A program made the translations under genes and the position numbers. The notes beneath the pieces were generated by a model. The model saw only the letters and a list, made by a program, of their open reading frames with translations. It had not been told where the DNA came from and searched no databases. This document shows, in pieces, positions 38,971 through 48,730 of a stretch of DNA of 64,000 bases; position 1 is the first letter of the stretch, and the number at the start of each line of letters is the position of its first letter. Origin of the DNA: Candidatus Babeliales bacterium (GTDB lineage: Bacteria; Babelota; Babeliae; Babelales; JANWKD01); the NCBI GenBank assembly GCA_963701665.1, contig OY969622.1, positions 928,001-992,000 of the forward strand. The letters are read 5' to 3'.

Positions 38971-40087
38971 TAAACCTAAAGTCTTGCAGGCTCTACAGCA
39001 TGTAACCACATCATTATTTCATGATATTTCTGAACAGCTCGCACTCGCCCAGCAGCTTTGGCATGATGTCCAACAAGATCCGGCATTCGCCTATAAAGTC
39101 CGCGAGGCAAAAGCACCTTGGCTTATTCCCTCATGGACTGAAAAGCTCGGCACGACCTACCCGATCGAACAGAAAAAAGAAGAATACCACATTTTCTCCG
39201 TTGATGGTTCACAAATTTATCCCGATCGGCATCAAGGCACCTCGTGTTATCTTATTAATGTTGGTTCTGTACATATTCATTATAACAAGCAAAAAACCAC
39301 CGTAGCATTACATTCTGAACCACATGTATTCGCTCCCACCAATGCTCAAGAAGCTGAAGAAAGCTCATTGGATCATGTCAACTGTAAACGCCAAGATTTT
39401 GAACTAAAAGCAAGTCATGAACTAATCCAATGTTTATCCGCATCAGAAAAAAATGATGCCGCATTGCTTTTTGATGGATCACTCATTTTTTGGCACCTTG
39501 AAGGCAAAGATCCTGCCATGAAGCAGGAATATTGTAATCGCTATTTTCAGTCGTTATATATTCTTTACCAATCAAAGATGCTCACAGCCGGTTACATTAG
39601 CATGCCAAAGAGCAAAGAGCTCGTTAACCTTTTAAAACTTGCACTCGCTGATTTTGATCCACTCAACAATGATGCACACAAAAAAATTGACGAGGTTCTT
39701 GATGCACATCTTGCAAACTTTTTTTTACCCACAGCACATCACTCAATTATGTTCAAAAGTAATTCACTCATTACTGAATTATATCCTTCTTCCCTCAAAC
39801 CATATTTTTTTTATCTCAACACTGGATTTGAAATCGCACGCATTGAAATTCCTGCATGGATTGCGCACAATCCAGATGCCATAAAAACGTTAGCCACGAT
39901 AATTCTTGATCAAACGCAGAAAGGACGCGGCTATCCGGTATGCCTTGCTGAAGCGCACGAACAAGCAGTCGTGAAAGGACCTGATAGAGAATTTTTTTAT
40001 CATCTCATTCAAAAAATTGGCATCGAACATCATCAACGCATGCACATCTCACAAAAGAGCATGAAAAAACGCGGTATCGGCATTTAG
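38963..40087 (+). CDS. nurA: NurA-family nuclease
   Basis: VDGSQ, FDGSL, RIEIP.W, GYP..L.EAHEQAVV. Confidence 0.85.
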   Translation: MLDKPKVLQALQHVTTSLFHDISEQLALAQQLWHDVQQDPAFAYKVREAKAPWLIPSWTEKLGTTYPIEQKKEEYHIFSVDGSQIYPDRHQGTSCYLINVGSVHIHYNKQKTTVALHSEPHVFAPTNAQEAEESSLDHVNCKRQDFELKASHELIQCLSASEKNDAALLFDGSLIFWHLEGKDPAMKQEYCNRYFQSLYILYQSKMLTAGYISMPKSKELVNLLKLALADFDPLNNDAHKKIDEVLDAHLANFFLPTAHHSIMFKSNSLITELYPSSLKPYFFYLNTGFEIARIEIPAWIAHNPDAIKTLATIILDQTQKGRGYPVCLAEAHEQAVVKGPDREFFYHLIQKIGIEHHQRMHISQKSMKKRGIGI

Positions 40088-40187
40088 AAATGCTTTTACC
40101 ATAAGTACTTTTGTTGCATTTCAGAAAATGTTGCTATACACTGACTGCAAAATAAGTGTAATTCTCATTGCAATAAGAAGTGAAAAT

Positions 40188-41120
40188 ATGAAACAGAAAA
40201 CAGTCTTATCAACATTAACATTGTTTTTTTTATTACAGTCATCACCTTTGAATGCAAATAATTTTTTCTGGAGCATACTTACTTCCCCAGTTAGCCCTTA
40301 TGTGCTGTTTGTAGGTTTTTGGGGATTTGTAAAAGCAGTTGGCAAATTGGGCCTCGATTACGGAAGATTTGAGAATCTTAAAAATCAAAGAGTCGCTGAA
40401 GCACAAGAATCAGCTGATAATGAATCAGATATTCACATACAAAGGTATGAATATTTATCAGATAAAGCCAATAAAAAAAATCGAAAAATAAAAGAAAAGC
40501 AAAAATCAACAATGGACGTTTTGTACAATACAAATGCTGATTGTTCTGAAAAAATCCGCGATCTGCAATCGAGTAGAGAAAAAACAAATAAAGAATTAGA
40601 AAATAACTTTCACTTAATAGCAGAAAATGCCATTAAACAAAACCTTGAATCAAACAATGAGTTACGTAAGCATTGTGATAATGACTCTCAAAAGGTAATA
40701 GACATCACCAATTTACGTCTCCTTGCTCACCAAAAAAAATTAATGAAAGAAAGAAAAAAAGTAGAAAGATTACATAAAAAAAATACTACAATGCTTGAAT
40801 CGTTGGATAAAGATATAACTAAAAATCATATTGAAAACTGCGAACAAATTGGTCTTCTTAAAGTGCAAGTTAATAACACAAAACATGCCATCGACACAAG
40901 TACAAGAAAAAATCAATTAGAGTTAGAGGAACTTGAAGAAAAAAAGATCTTAATTGCCAAACTAAAACAAAGCTTAAAAGAACATAAAAGTATTTTGGAT
41001 AGAGTAAAAGTAAAAAGAGCTATTGAAATACCCTTTCCTAAAATTAAGGAAAGTACAAAAAAACTGTTTTATGATTCCGAAAAGTTTAATCCCAACAAAA
41101 AACATTTAATTGCAAATTAA
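40188..41120 (+). CDS. Orphan signal + TM + long coiled-coil protein
   Basis: Probable start MKQKTV; K/E-rich heptads. Confidence 0.7.
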   Translation: MKQKTVLSTLTLFFLLQSSPLNANNFFWSILTSPVSPYVLFVGFWGFVKAVGKLGLDYGRFENLKNQRVAEAQESADNESDIHIQRYEYLSDKANKKNRKIKEKQKSTMDVLYNTNADCSEKIRDLQSSREKTNKELENNFHLIAENAIKQNLESNNELRKHCDNDSQKVIDITNLRLLAHQKKLMKERKKVERLHKKNTTMLESLDKDITKNHIENCEQIGLLKVQVNNTKHAIDTSTRKNQLELEELEEKKILIAKLKQSLKEHKSILDRVKVKRAIEIPFPKIKESTKKLFYDSEKFNPNKKHLIAN

Positions 41121-41139
41121 TTACTTTAACAGGACAATT

Positions 41140-42165
41140 ATGATAAAAGGGACAATGTTTATAGCTAATATTTTTTTATTACTGTCTACTTCTACATATT
41201 CTATGAATGAAGAAATGTTGATAGAGGTTATTAAAAACAATAAAAAAATATTAGTACCACTTACTGCTGTTGCTCAACATATCAAACCTTTAGTTCCCAT
41301 AAAGGAATCTACTAGCATTTCTGCTGCATTTTTAAAATCTACTTTTCAATTTATCTCAGAATATCCAAAAGAAATTTTACAATTTTTAGGCTATGCTTCG
41401 TTACTTACTAGTATCCTTTGGTTCGCGAAGAGCAAAAAATGTATTATAACTCCTGGAGCAATCCAAAAACTTGATGATGAAGAAAAAGCAGAAATCAATT
41501 TCATTAAAAAAGAACGAGATGAGACAATCTCTGACGCTTATTTTATAGCAGAAAATCATGTATTAAAAATAATGAACAAACATTTAGAAAGAGGAAACAA
41601 AATCCATGCTCAAGCTCAATCTAATAAAGTCTTAATAGACGATGAACTTGAATTTGTCATACAAGAAGAAAAAAGCAATCGTAAAAAGTTACTTGCACAG
41701 CAAAAAGAAGAGGCTCAAAGAATCTTCGATAATTATTCTGAATCACATAAAGAACAAGTAAATTATATTCGCCAGAAAAGATTAGAAGTAGAATGTACTC
41801 TTAATGCATCCTTTGGCGAATTTAATAAATTTTCTAATCAACATCGTGAAAAAATTATTTGTTCATTTGATGATCTTCATGAAAATGTGGCCAAAATTAA
41901 GAAAAAACATACAGAACTAAGCGCAACAAAAAAAGCACTATTTGATAACATAGGTGTCGATATAAGCACTTTGGAACAATCTGCAAAGGTTTTAGAAGAT
42001 GTAACATCACAATTAAGCAGTAACTTAGAAGATATTAGTACAGAAGAGCTAACATCTTTAATACGGAACCTAGACGAACAAAAAGCTATTTTGCTGTCCT
42101 TAGAAGCTGCGGCTGAAGATGATAAAAGTTGTACCTATATATTTACCCCAGCTTTAGAAAACTAA
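41140..42165 (+). CDS. Orphan signal + TM + long coiled-coil protein
   Basis: Probable start MIKGT after AGGA; K/E-rich heptads. Confidence 0.7.
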   Translation: MIKGTMFIANIFLLLSTSTYSMNEEMLIEVIKNNKKILVPLTAVAQHIKPLVPIKESTSISAAFLKSTFQFISEYPKEILQFLGYASLLTSILWFAKSKKCIITPGAIQKLDDEEKAEINFIKKERDETISDAYFIAENHVLKIMNKHLERGNKIHAQAQSNKVLIDDELEFVIQEEKSNRKKLLAQQKEEAQRIFDNYSESHKEQVNYIRQKRLEVECTLNASFGEFNKFSNQHREKIICSFDDLHENVAKIKKKHTELSATKKALFDNIGVDISTLEQSAKVLEDVTSQLSSNLEDISTEELTSLIRNLDEQKAILLSLEAAAEDDKSCTYIFTPALEN

Positions 42166-42224
42166 CCCCCACATTACTGTATTTTTCAAAATTTTCGTAA
42201 TGATTTTACTATTCCTGTGATTAT

Positions 42225-43556
42225 TTAGCGCCAATAATCATAATTTCTTGCAGACTTATGCATTTCAGCCTCTTCCTCTTTAGTATAAGGCCAGCGCACA
42301 CTGCTTTTTTTAGAATATTTAATTGTGTATGAAACTTTTTTTTCAGATTTTTCATATTCTTCAAATTGATGAAAAATCTGAGCAAACTTATTTTGCAAGA
42401 CAGCAGTTTTTTCATTCCACGCTTCTAAACTTTGTTTATTCTTGGCAAAATATTCATCAAGAATGTACTTCAGACGAACCATATCATAGTTTTCTGTAGT
42501 AATAATTTCAATAACGTGTAAATTTCCATCATTGCTGCCACTACCCCTATGCAACATTTTGCCTTTTTTTGTAATTACAAGTTTCTTCTGAATAAGATCA
42601 GCAAAATCCTGAATGCTATTTTCATCTGCAATTAATTCAGCATTTTTATCAGAATCTAGAAGAGCTTTAATGGCTCCTAAAGGCACCCGCATAGTGGGGC
42701 ACACTTCATACTTCGGGCTATTGAGGATCAATTTTCTAAGTGTTTCTTTAGTAACAATCGCACCTTTATTGATAAGCTTTTTCACTAATTTATAATGAAT
42801 ATCTTGTCGTTCGAAAAAAGAGTTATGATGAATTTTCTGTTCAGTGTATTCATCCACTTGATTATCAACCACTAAACCTTGTGCTAAGCCTTTTTCAATT
42901 ATAAACCCAAACTTATCTTTATCGATAAAAGCATTATGAATTTTATAGTCAGCATACTTCTCTTTGCCTTTAAAAATTATTTCAATATTTTTATCGGTTG
43001 CTTCTTCATCTTGACTTGCAAGATAAAAATTATCAGCTTTGAAGATTACTTCTAAAGGAGAATCTTCCCTTTTACAATCTTCATAATAATATGTTACGAA
43101 AAAAGCATTTATATCTTTTTGATTAATGAAATGGGCAGGAAGATTATCGATAACCTCTTCGATATGGCCAGGAGTAAATTTATCTGTTCTATCATGAATA
43201 TTATAAAGGGGCAGGAATATTTCTTTTTGTTTTTCTTTTTCGCGTTCAGGCGTTGTTCCAAAGAACGAATCTCTTAAATCTCGCCAAAAATGTGTCGAAG
43301 CTTTTACTGGACCATTATCAAGCCAAGCATATTTTGACTCATTGGACTCGTTTTTATTAATTTTTCCATATAATCGCGATGCATTAGGTGTAAGAAAAAC
43401 TGATGCTACTTTAATGCTACGATCATTAACAAATGATGGCATAGTATTTGAAATGCCCGAAGATAGTTTTTTCCCCGTAAAAGATGCTCGTCTCCACATT
43501 GCTTGTGAAGAAAAAGAAATAACAAGGAAACTTATCAAAATAAGGAATTTTTTCAT
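42225..43556 (-). CDS. Secreted orphan protein with a degenerate ankyrin-like segment
   Basis: Signal peptide MKKFL...SSQA; LVKKLINKGAIV. Confidence 0.7.
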   Translation of the reverse strand: MKKFLILISFLVISFSSQAMWRRASFTGKKLSSGISNTMPSFVNDRSIKVASVFLTPNASRLYGKINKNESNESKYAWLDNGPVKASTHFWRDLRDSFFGTTPEREKEKQKEIFLPLYNIHDRTDKFTPGHIEEVIDNLPAHFINQKDINAFFVTYYYEDCKREDSPLEVIFKADNFYLASQDEEATDKNIEIIFKGKEKYADYKIHNAFIDKDKFGFIIEKGLAQGLVVDNQVDEYTEQKIHHNSFFERQDIHYKLVKKLINKGAIVTKETLRKLILNSPKYEVCPTMRVPLGAIKALLDSDKNAELIADENSIQDFADLIQKKLVITKKGKMLHRGSGSNDGNLHVIEIITTENYDMVRLKYILDEYFAKNKQSLEAWNEKTAVLQNKFAQIFHQFEEYEKSEKKVSYTIKYSKKSSVRWPYTKEEEAEMHKSARNYDYWR

Positions 43557-43723
43557 GATAATAATTCTCCATTTTTAACATTAAAATTACTGTTTTTAAG
43601 TATATATAAATATATATATTTGTCAATTTTTATAAAATAATTTGCATGCCACTCCTCAATAAAAAAATTAACCCTTTAAAATTTCTCCCTGTATGATACC
43701 CTAAAAGCATATGAAGGGGTTTT

Positions 43724-44932
43724 ATGCACAATTTCCGTAACGATTTTCCTATTTTTTCTAATGTGAACGGGCGCTTTATCTATTTTGATAATGCTGCCAC
43801 AACGCACAAACCTGCATCCGTTATTGAGGCTGAGGCTAATTTTTATCGGTCAGAATATGCGACGGTGAACCGTAGCATGTATAGTTTAGCTGAAAAGGCC
43901 ACGCAGAAGTTTGAAAACGTACGCATGCAGGTCGCGCATTTTATCGGCGCTGAGCCATCAGAAATTGTATTCACCAAAGGAACCACAGAAAGTATTAATT
44001 TTGTGGCAACCGGCTGGGGATTACAAAATATCAAGGCGGGCGATGAAATTGTGCTCACTGAACTTGAACATCATTCCAATTTACTCCCGTGGCAACACGT
44101 TGCTCAAAAAACGGGCGCCCGTTTGAAATTTATCCCCATTAATCCTGATGGAACGCTACAATTAGAAACACTCGCTTCAATCATTACCCCAAAAACAAAA
44201 TTCGTCGGCGTCGTTCATGTTTCCAATGCACTCGGCACAGAGAATGATGTACGCGCGATCACACAAGCCGCGCACAACGTCGGTGCACACGTTCTTGTTG
44301 ATGCTGCACAGTCGATCGCTCATCAAAAAATAGATGTGCGCGCGTTTAACCCTGATTTTTTAGTCTTTTCTGGGCACAAAATGCTCGGCCCAACGGGCGT
44401 AGGTGTTTTATATGTTGCAAAGCGAGTGCAAGGGCACATGGCTCCCGCTGAATTTGGCGGCGGCATGGTTTTTAATGCCACCTATGAAAATGCCTCATTT
44501 TTACCAGGCCCAACCCGTTATGAAGCCGGCACCCCCCCTATAGCGCAGGTTATTGGCCTTGGAGCTGCCCTTGAATATTACACCCGCTTTATCGATTTTG
44601 CTCAATTACAAGCCCATGAGGCCCACTTATGCAGCAGGTTAATCGAGGGTCTTGAAAAATTAAGCGAGGTTTCTATTGTAGGCCCGCGCGAGCAGCTAAA
44701 AAAACGAGGGCATTTAGTCAGCTTTACCGTAAAAGGCTTCCATCCCCATGATGTCGGGGCTTTCCTGGATAAGCATGGTATTGCCGTGCGTACCGGCCAT
44801 TTTTGTGCACAACCACTTGTCCAAAAATTAGGCATTTCAGGGGCAATTCGGGTCAGTTTCCATTGCTATAATACCCTTGAAGAAGTCGACTTCTTTCTCT
44901 CAGTAATAAATAATTTAATTTCAAATAAATAA
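43724..44932 (+). CDS. sufS: Cysteine desulfurase, SufS type
   Basis: YFDNAATT, EHHSN..PW, FSGHKMLGPTG, RTGHFCA. Confidence 0.95.
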   Translation: MHNFRNDFPIFSNVNGRFIYFDNAATTHKPASVIEAEANFYRSEYATVNRSMYSLAEKATQKFENVRMQVAHFIGAEPSEIVFTKGTTESINFVATGWGLQNIKAGDEIVLTELEHHSNLLPWQHVAQKTGARLKFIPINPDGTLQLETLASIITPKTKFVGVVHVSNALGTENDVRAITQAAHNVGAHVLVDAAQSIAHQKIDVRAFNPDFLVFSGHKMLGPTGVGVLYVAKRVQGHMAPAEFGGGMVFNATYENASFLPGPTRYEAGTPPIAQVIGLGAALEYYTRFIDFAQLQAHEAHLCSRLIEGLEKLSEVSIVGPREQLKKRGHLVSFTVKGFHPHDVGAFLDKHGIAVRTGHFCAQPLVQKLGISGAIRVSFHCYNTLEEVDFFLSVINNLISNK

Positions 44933-45021
44933 ATTGCCAAAATTGACAATTTGTTAAAAACAGATACGCTGATGTTTATAGCTATTAAAGCTTAAAAAGA
45001 CTATCAGATATGGAGGTATCT

Positions 45022-46092
45022 ATGATTTTCTCATTATGCAAGAAACGACTTTTTTTACTTTTTCTAGGCTCATTTTTAGCCCTGCAGCCATCTCTATATG
45101 CTCATAATCCTGGTGAAACTCCAGCTACATCACAAAGAAGTTGGTCCAGTGCGTTAGGCACAGCAGTCAATGCTGCTCTTTATTTTGGTCCCGCCACCTA
45201 TTCAGCCTATGAACAATCAAAAAATTTATATGCATCACAACAAAAAAAATTGATTGGTAATCAAGCCTTAAATCCTCAAACAAAACTTGCAATTCAAAAA
45301 ATAATGATCGAGATGAATATAGAAGATACTCCTGAAATTTTAGCAATGAGAAATCAAGCTGAATTTGAAGAAGTTCCTGATAGTGACAAGTATACAATAG
45401 TTGATTCTGTCAAAAAGAATTATCTAGGTATCCATGCTACTAATGCCTACATTTTTATCGATGAAGATATTATAAATTTTGAAGAGCATCCGTTACGATC
45501 CACATTTCTCGTAAAACGAGAATTAGCGCGGTATAAAAATAACCATTTTTCAAAAGTTATTATTGGCAACGTTGCTCTGACCATGGCTCAAGCCGTTGCT
45601 TTCTATAAAACATTTCCGTTAGTTACTCAAGGATGCAACAATAGTATACATAAACTTGGTTGGACCTCATTTAATGACCCTCAACAACACGGTATTTTCT
45701 TAGGTGTTTCTCGTTTTACACTTAACTATCTGGTATGCCCGTTCGTTACCCAATTAATCATTGAAAAAATTAGAAATAGCGTCCATGCTTGGTATCACCA
45801 ACACATCACTCCACCACTCGATGGTACTTTTGTGCCCCGAGGACACACACTCACCCTATTTGCTGAACTTATCAAACTCATACCAGACTATAACAATACA
45901 GAAACAAATAATTGCCCAGGAAAAGAATTACTTGATACAACACTACGCGAAATGGCTCTCATTGCATTAAATCGTTATCACTCCTCACAGATTATTGATA
46001 ACCTTAATAGAAGATTCAGCCGTGACGAAGATTTCAAGCCACACATAGAACGATTAATAAGCTTTATTGAACAAAATGATAAACATGGTTAG
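45022..46092 (+). CDS. Secreted orphan protein with a degenerate M48-peptidase-like motif
   Basis: GGAGG RBS, signal peptide, FLVKRELARYKNNH followed by TM segments. Confidence 0.6.
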   Translation: MIFSLCKKRLFLLFLGSFLALQPSLYAHNPGETPATSQRSWSSALGTAVNAALYFGPATYSAYEQSKNLYASQQKKLIGNQALNPQTKLAIQKIMIEMNIEDTPEILAMRNQAEFEEVPDSDKYTIVDSVKKNYLGIHATNAYIFIDEDIINFEEHPLRSTFLVKRELARYKNNHFSKVIIGNVALTMAQAVAFYKTFPLVTQGCNNSIHKLGWTSFNDPQQHGIFLGVSRFTLNYLVCPFVTQLIIEKIRNSVHAWYHQHITPPLDGTFVPRGHTLTLFAELIKLIPDYNNTETNNCPGKELLDTTLREMALIALNRYHSSQIIDNLNRRFSRDEDFKPHIERLISFIEQNDKHG

Positions 46093-46187
46093 CCCTGATA
46101 AAAAAGGCTAATTTCCAATTTTTCCTTAAAAAGGGTATTATTACCTTAGTTATTCTTTATCGTTTTTCATTATTTCTGAAAATTATC

Positions 46188-46515
46188 ATGATCAAAGCTT
46201 ATACGTATACATTTCTTTTTCTCACTCTTCTTGGATTATCTTTGAATAGCTACGCTGAAATCGATATGCCAAAATTTAAAGGCACGATTACGTACGAACC
46301 CATTACGATTCTCATCGATACAGACTCTATTATTGCAATTCGCAATTCTCATTGAAATTGAAAGGACTTTATTTGATTATGATTAAGTTTTCAATAACAA
46401 AAAACGTATTCTCTATTGGGATTCTCGTCGTAAAACAAATACTAGCAACGGTAAATTATGCGATTTTCATACGCGGGAATGTATAAAGCCAATTGGATTT
46501 CGCAAGTATGATTAA
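46188..46515 (+). pseudogene. Possible decayed secreted-protein gene
   Basis: 55-codon ORF with a clean signal peptide (MIKAY...NSYA) that stops early; coding-like sequence continues in another frame. Confidence 0.3.
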
Positions 46516-46566
46516 CCATAAGCTACTAATATTTCGCTTCGCAAGTAATATTGAATAATCGCAATT

Positions 46567-46978
46567 GTCATTGCGAGCCAACATTGTTGGCGTGGCAACC
46601 CAGCTTATAAAATTCTAAGTTAGAACATCAATGAAACAACCAGCAATATATATTATGGCAAATAAACGTAACGGCACACTTTATACAGGCGTTACTTCTA
46701 ATCTTTTACAAAGGATCTCACAACATAAAAATAATGTTATAGAAGGATTTACTTATCAATATGGATGTAAAATCCTTGTATATTATGAACTGTATGGGGA
46801 CATTAATAATGCGATAAAACGAGAAAAACAAATAAAAGCCGGATCACGACTCAAAAAATTAAAGCTCGTTGAATCTATAAATCCAAATTGGTTCGATCTA
46901 TATGAATTATATCTTAAGAACAAATAAGGAACTTACTAAAGTGCTGGATCCCCACGTCGCTTCGCTCCTCGGGAAGAC
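46567..46978 (+). mobile_element. GIY-YIG nuclease gene bracketed by inverted hairpin units (subfamily A, putative autonomous element)
   Basis: Left unit GTCATTGCGAGCCAACATTGTTGGCGTGGCAACCCAG (46567-46603); right unit 46944-46978. Confidence 0.85.
46631..46927 (+). CDS. Stand-alone GIY-YIG nuclease (YhbQ/UPF0213-like)
   Basis: IYIMANKRNGTLYTGVTSNL, REKQIK, NPNWFDL; about 58% identical to 27302-27595 by manual alignment. Confidence 0.92.
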   Translation: MKQPAIYIMANKRNGTLYTGVTSNLLQRISQHKNNVIEGFTYQYGCKILVYYELYGDINNAIKREKQIKAGSRLKKLKLVESINPNWFDLYELYLKNK

Positions 46979-47069
46979 GATGGGGCCTAGATTGTCAATT
47001 TACATTTTAATTGAAATATGCGTAGTTACTACCAACAACAATGGGAAAATAAACATTGAACACCCAATC

Positions 47070-47131
47070 GTCATTGCGAGCCAACATTGTTGGCGTGGCA
47101 ACCCAGCTTATAAAATTCTAAGTTAGAACAT
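47070..47131 (+). repeat. Perfect 62-bp direct copy of the element's left end
   Basis: Identical to 46567-46628. Confidence 0.9.
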
Positions 47132-47234
47132 TACTTTAGAACGCTTGCATTAAATAATAATCATTTTTTTCACGTATTGCTTTTCTTTAATCACCTTTTT
47201 TATACTCAAAAAAAAGGTATATATTAAGGAATTC

Positions 47235-47930
47235 ATGAAGAGAAAATATCTTCGATTATTACTCTTTACCATTTTTCTCGTTGCAGTTATTGCAGCTTTT
47301 GTCTTGCGCCTTGATAAAAAGATTTCTCTTAGGTATTTGCAAGAACACACCGCCCTTATCAAACATTATATAAGCGATTACTATGCATTGACTGCCTTAG
47401 GATATATAACCTGTTATATACTGTTTGTTATTTTAATGGTACCTCTCACGATACTTTTAAATGTAGCTGCCGGATACTTTTTTGGTGTTATACCAGGAAC
47501 TATCTATAGTGTAGTGGGATGTGTTGCAGGATCGTTTATTTCTATGCTCCTCTTTCGATACATTTTCCGCTCGTGGGCACATAAAAAATATCACGCCCGA
47601 CTTGGTATTGTCGAAGATGAATTTAATAAGCATGGTGCTGAATACATACTTTCTTTGCAATTACTTCCCATAACGCCATTTGCTATTATTAATAGTATTG
47701 CAGGATTATCAGAGCTGCCGGCATGGAAATTTTTGTTGATCTCATTCATTGGCGTAACACCCTACATCTTCCTTAATGCGTACGCAGGAACAAAATTAAC
47801 CGCACTCAACAGCGTTTCTGATATTCTTTCTCCTGGATTTCTTGTATTATTTCTTGGATTATCTCTGTGTGCCATTGCACCAACCCTATGGCAACGATAT
47901 AAAAAACAACACAAACGACGGCGCCCATGA
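47235..47930 (+). CDS. DedA/VTT (TVP38/TMEM64) membrane protein
   Basis: AGYFFG...G, LLPITPF..IN..AG. Confidence 0.88.
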   Translation: MKRKYLRLLLFTIFLVAVIAAFVLRLDKKISLRYLQEHTALIKHYISDYYALTALGYITCYILFVILMVPLTILLNVAAGYFFGVIPGTIYSVVGCVAGSFISMLLFRYIFRSWAHKKYHARLGIVEDEFNKHGAEYILSLQLLPITPFAIINSIAGLSELPAWKFLLISFIGVTPYIFLNAYAGTKLTALNSVSDILSPGFLVLFLGLSLCAIAPTLWQRYKKQHKRRRP

Positions 47931-48694
47931 GTGTACATCAAAAATTTTTCTTTATTCTTCAACATCACAAGAAACAAGTAATTGTCGCCTCCTTCTTTAT
48001 AATGATGAGCGTCATATTTTATTGGTTAAACATTACCAACTATTTCTCCCCAACCTATTTGCAAGAAAATGTAACCTTTGTTCATACCATGGTAAAGCAA
48101 AATTATTATACTGCTTTATGCATATATTTACTGAGTTACATAAGTGCTTGCGCATTATCAATTCCTGGATCAACCTTATTTTTAACAGCTGCAGGTTTCT
48201 TGTTTGGTACGCTGCTTGGGTGCGTTCTTTCACTGATCGGCGCAACCATCGGCGCAACAATACTTTTTTTTACATCCCGTTATCTAATGGGATCATTAAT
48301 ACAACAGTACTTTCGGGAAAAGCTATTACGCTTTAATGCCGAAATAGAAGCACATGGTTTCTATTATTTGTTAATGGTACGTCTCATTGGCTTATTACCA
48401 TTTTGTGTGGTTAATCTTTTATCTGGCATTACCTTGCTGCAGCCAACAACCTTTGTGTGGACAACCTGTGTTGGTATGATTCCTTTTGCTCTTGTATATG
48501 CATTTATAGGTTCTCAGTTATCACAGCTGACTTCTTCTTCATATTTCAGTTCACCCATAATTATTATGGTACTTATATCTTTTTACATCTTTAAAATTAC
48601 CCTCGTACCATTCTTTTATGCACACGTAAAAAAACGTCGTGCGCACACTAAAAAAAGAAATTTTACCAATCGCACCAAGATGACTATACTTTAG
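47927..48694 (+). CDS. DedA/VTT (TVP38/TMEM64) membrane protein, tandem paralog
   Basis: SIPG...LTAAGFLFG, RL...PF.VVN..SG. Confidence 0.88.
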   Translation: MSVHQKFFFILQHHKKQVIVASFFIMMSVIFYWLNITNYFSPTYLQENVTFVHTMVKQNYYTALCIYLLSYISACALSIPGSTLFLTAAGFLFGTLLGCVLSLIGATIGATILFFTSRYLMGSLIQQYFREKLLRFNAEIEAHGFYYLLMVRLIGLLPFCVVNLLSGITLLQPTTFVWTTCVGMIPFALVYAFIGSQLSQLTSSSYFSSPIIIMVLISFYIFKITLVPFFYAHVKKRRAHTKKRNFTNRTKMTIL

Positions 48695-48730
48695 GTAATT
48701 ATTTTTTTATCACGTATGATTGGGTTCATC

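Noticed and set aside
43600..43620. TA dinucleotide run
   Set aside because: Short low-complexity tract in an AT-rich divergent promoter region; not informative.
46902..47126. 74-aa ORF downstream of the GIY-YIG gene
   Set aside because: It is a translation of two repeat units and the gap between them; no RBS or protein-like features.
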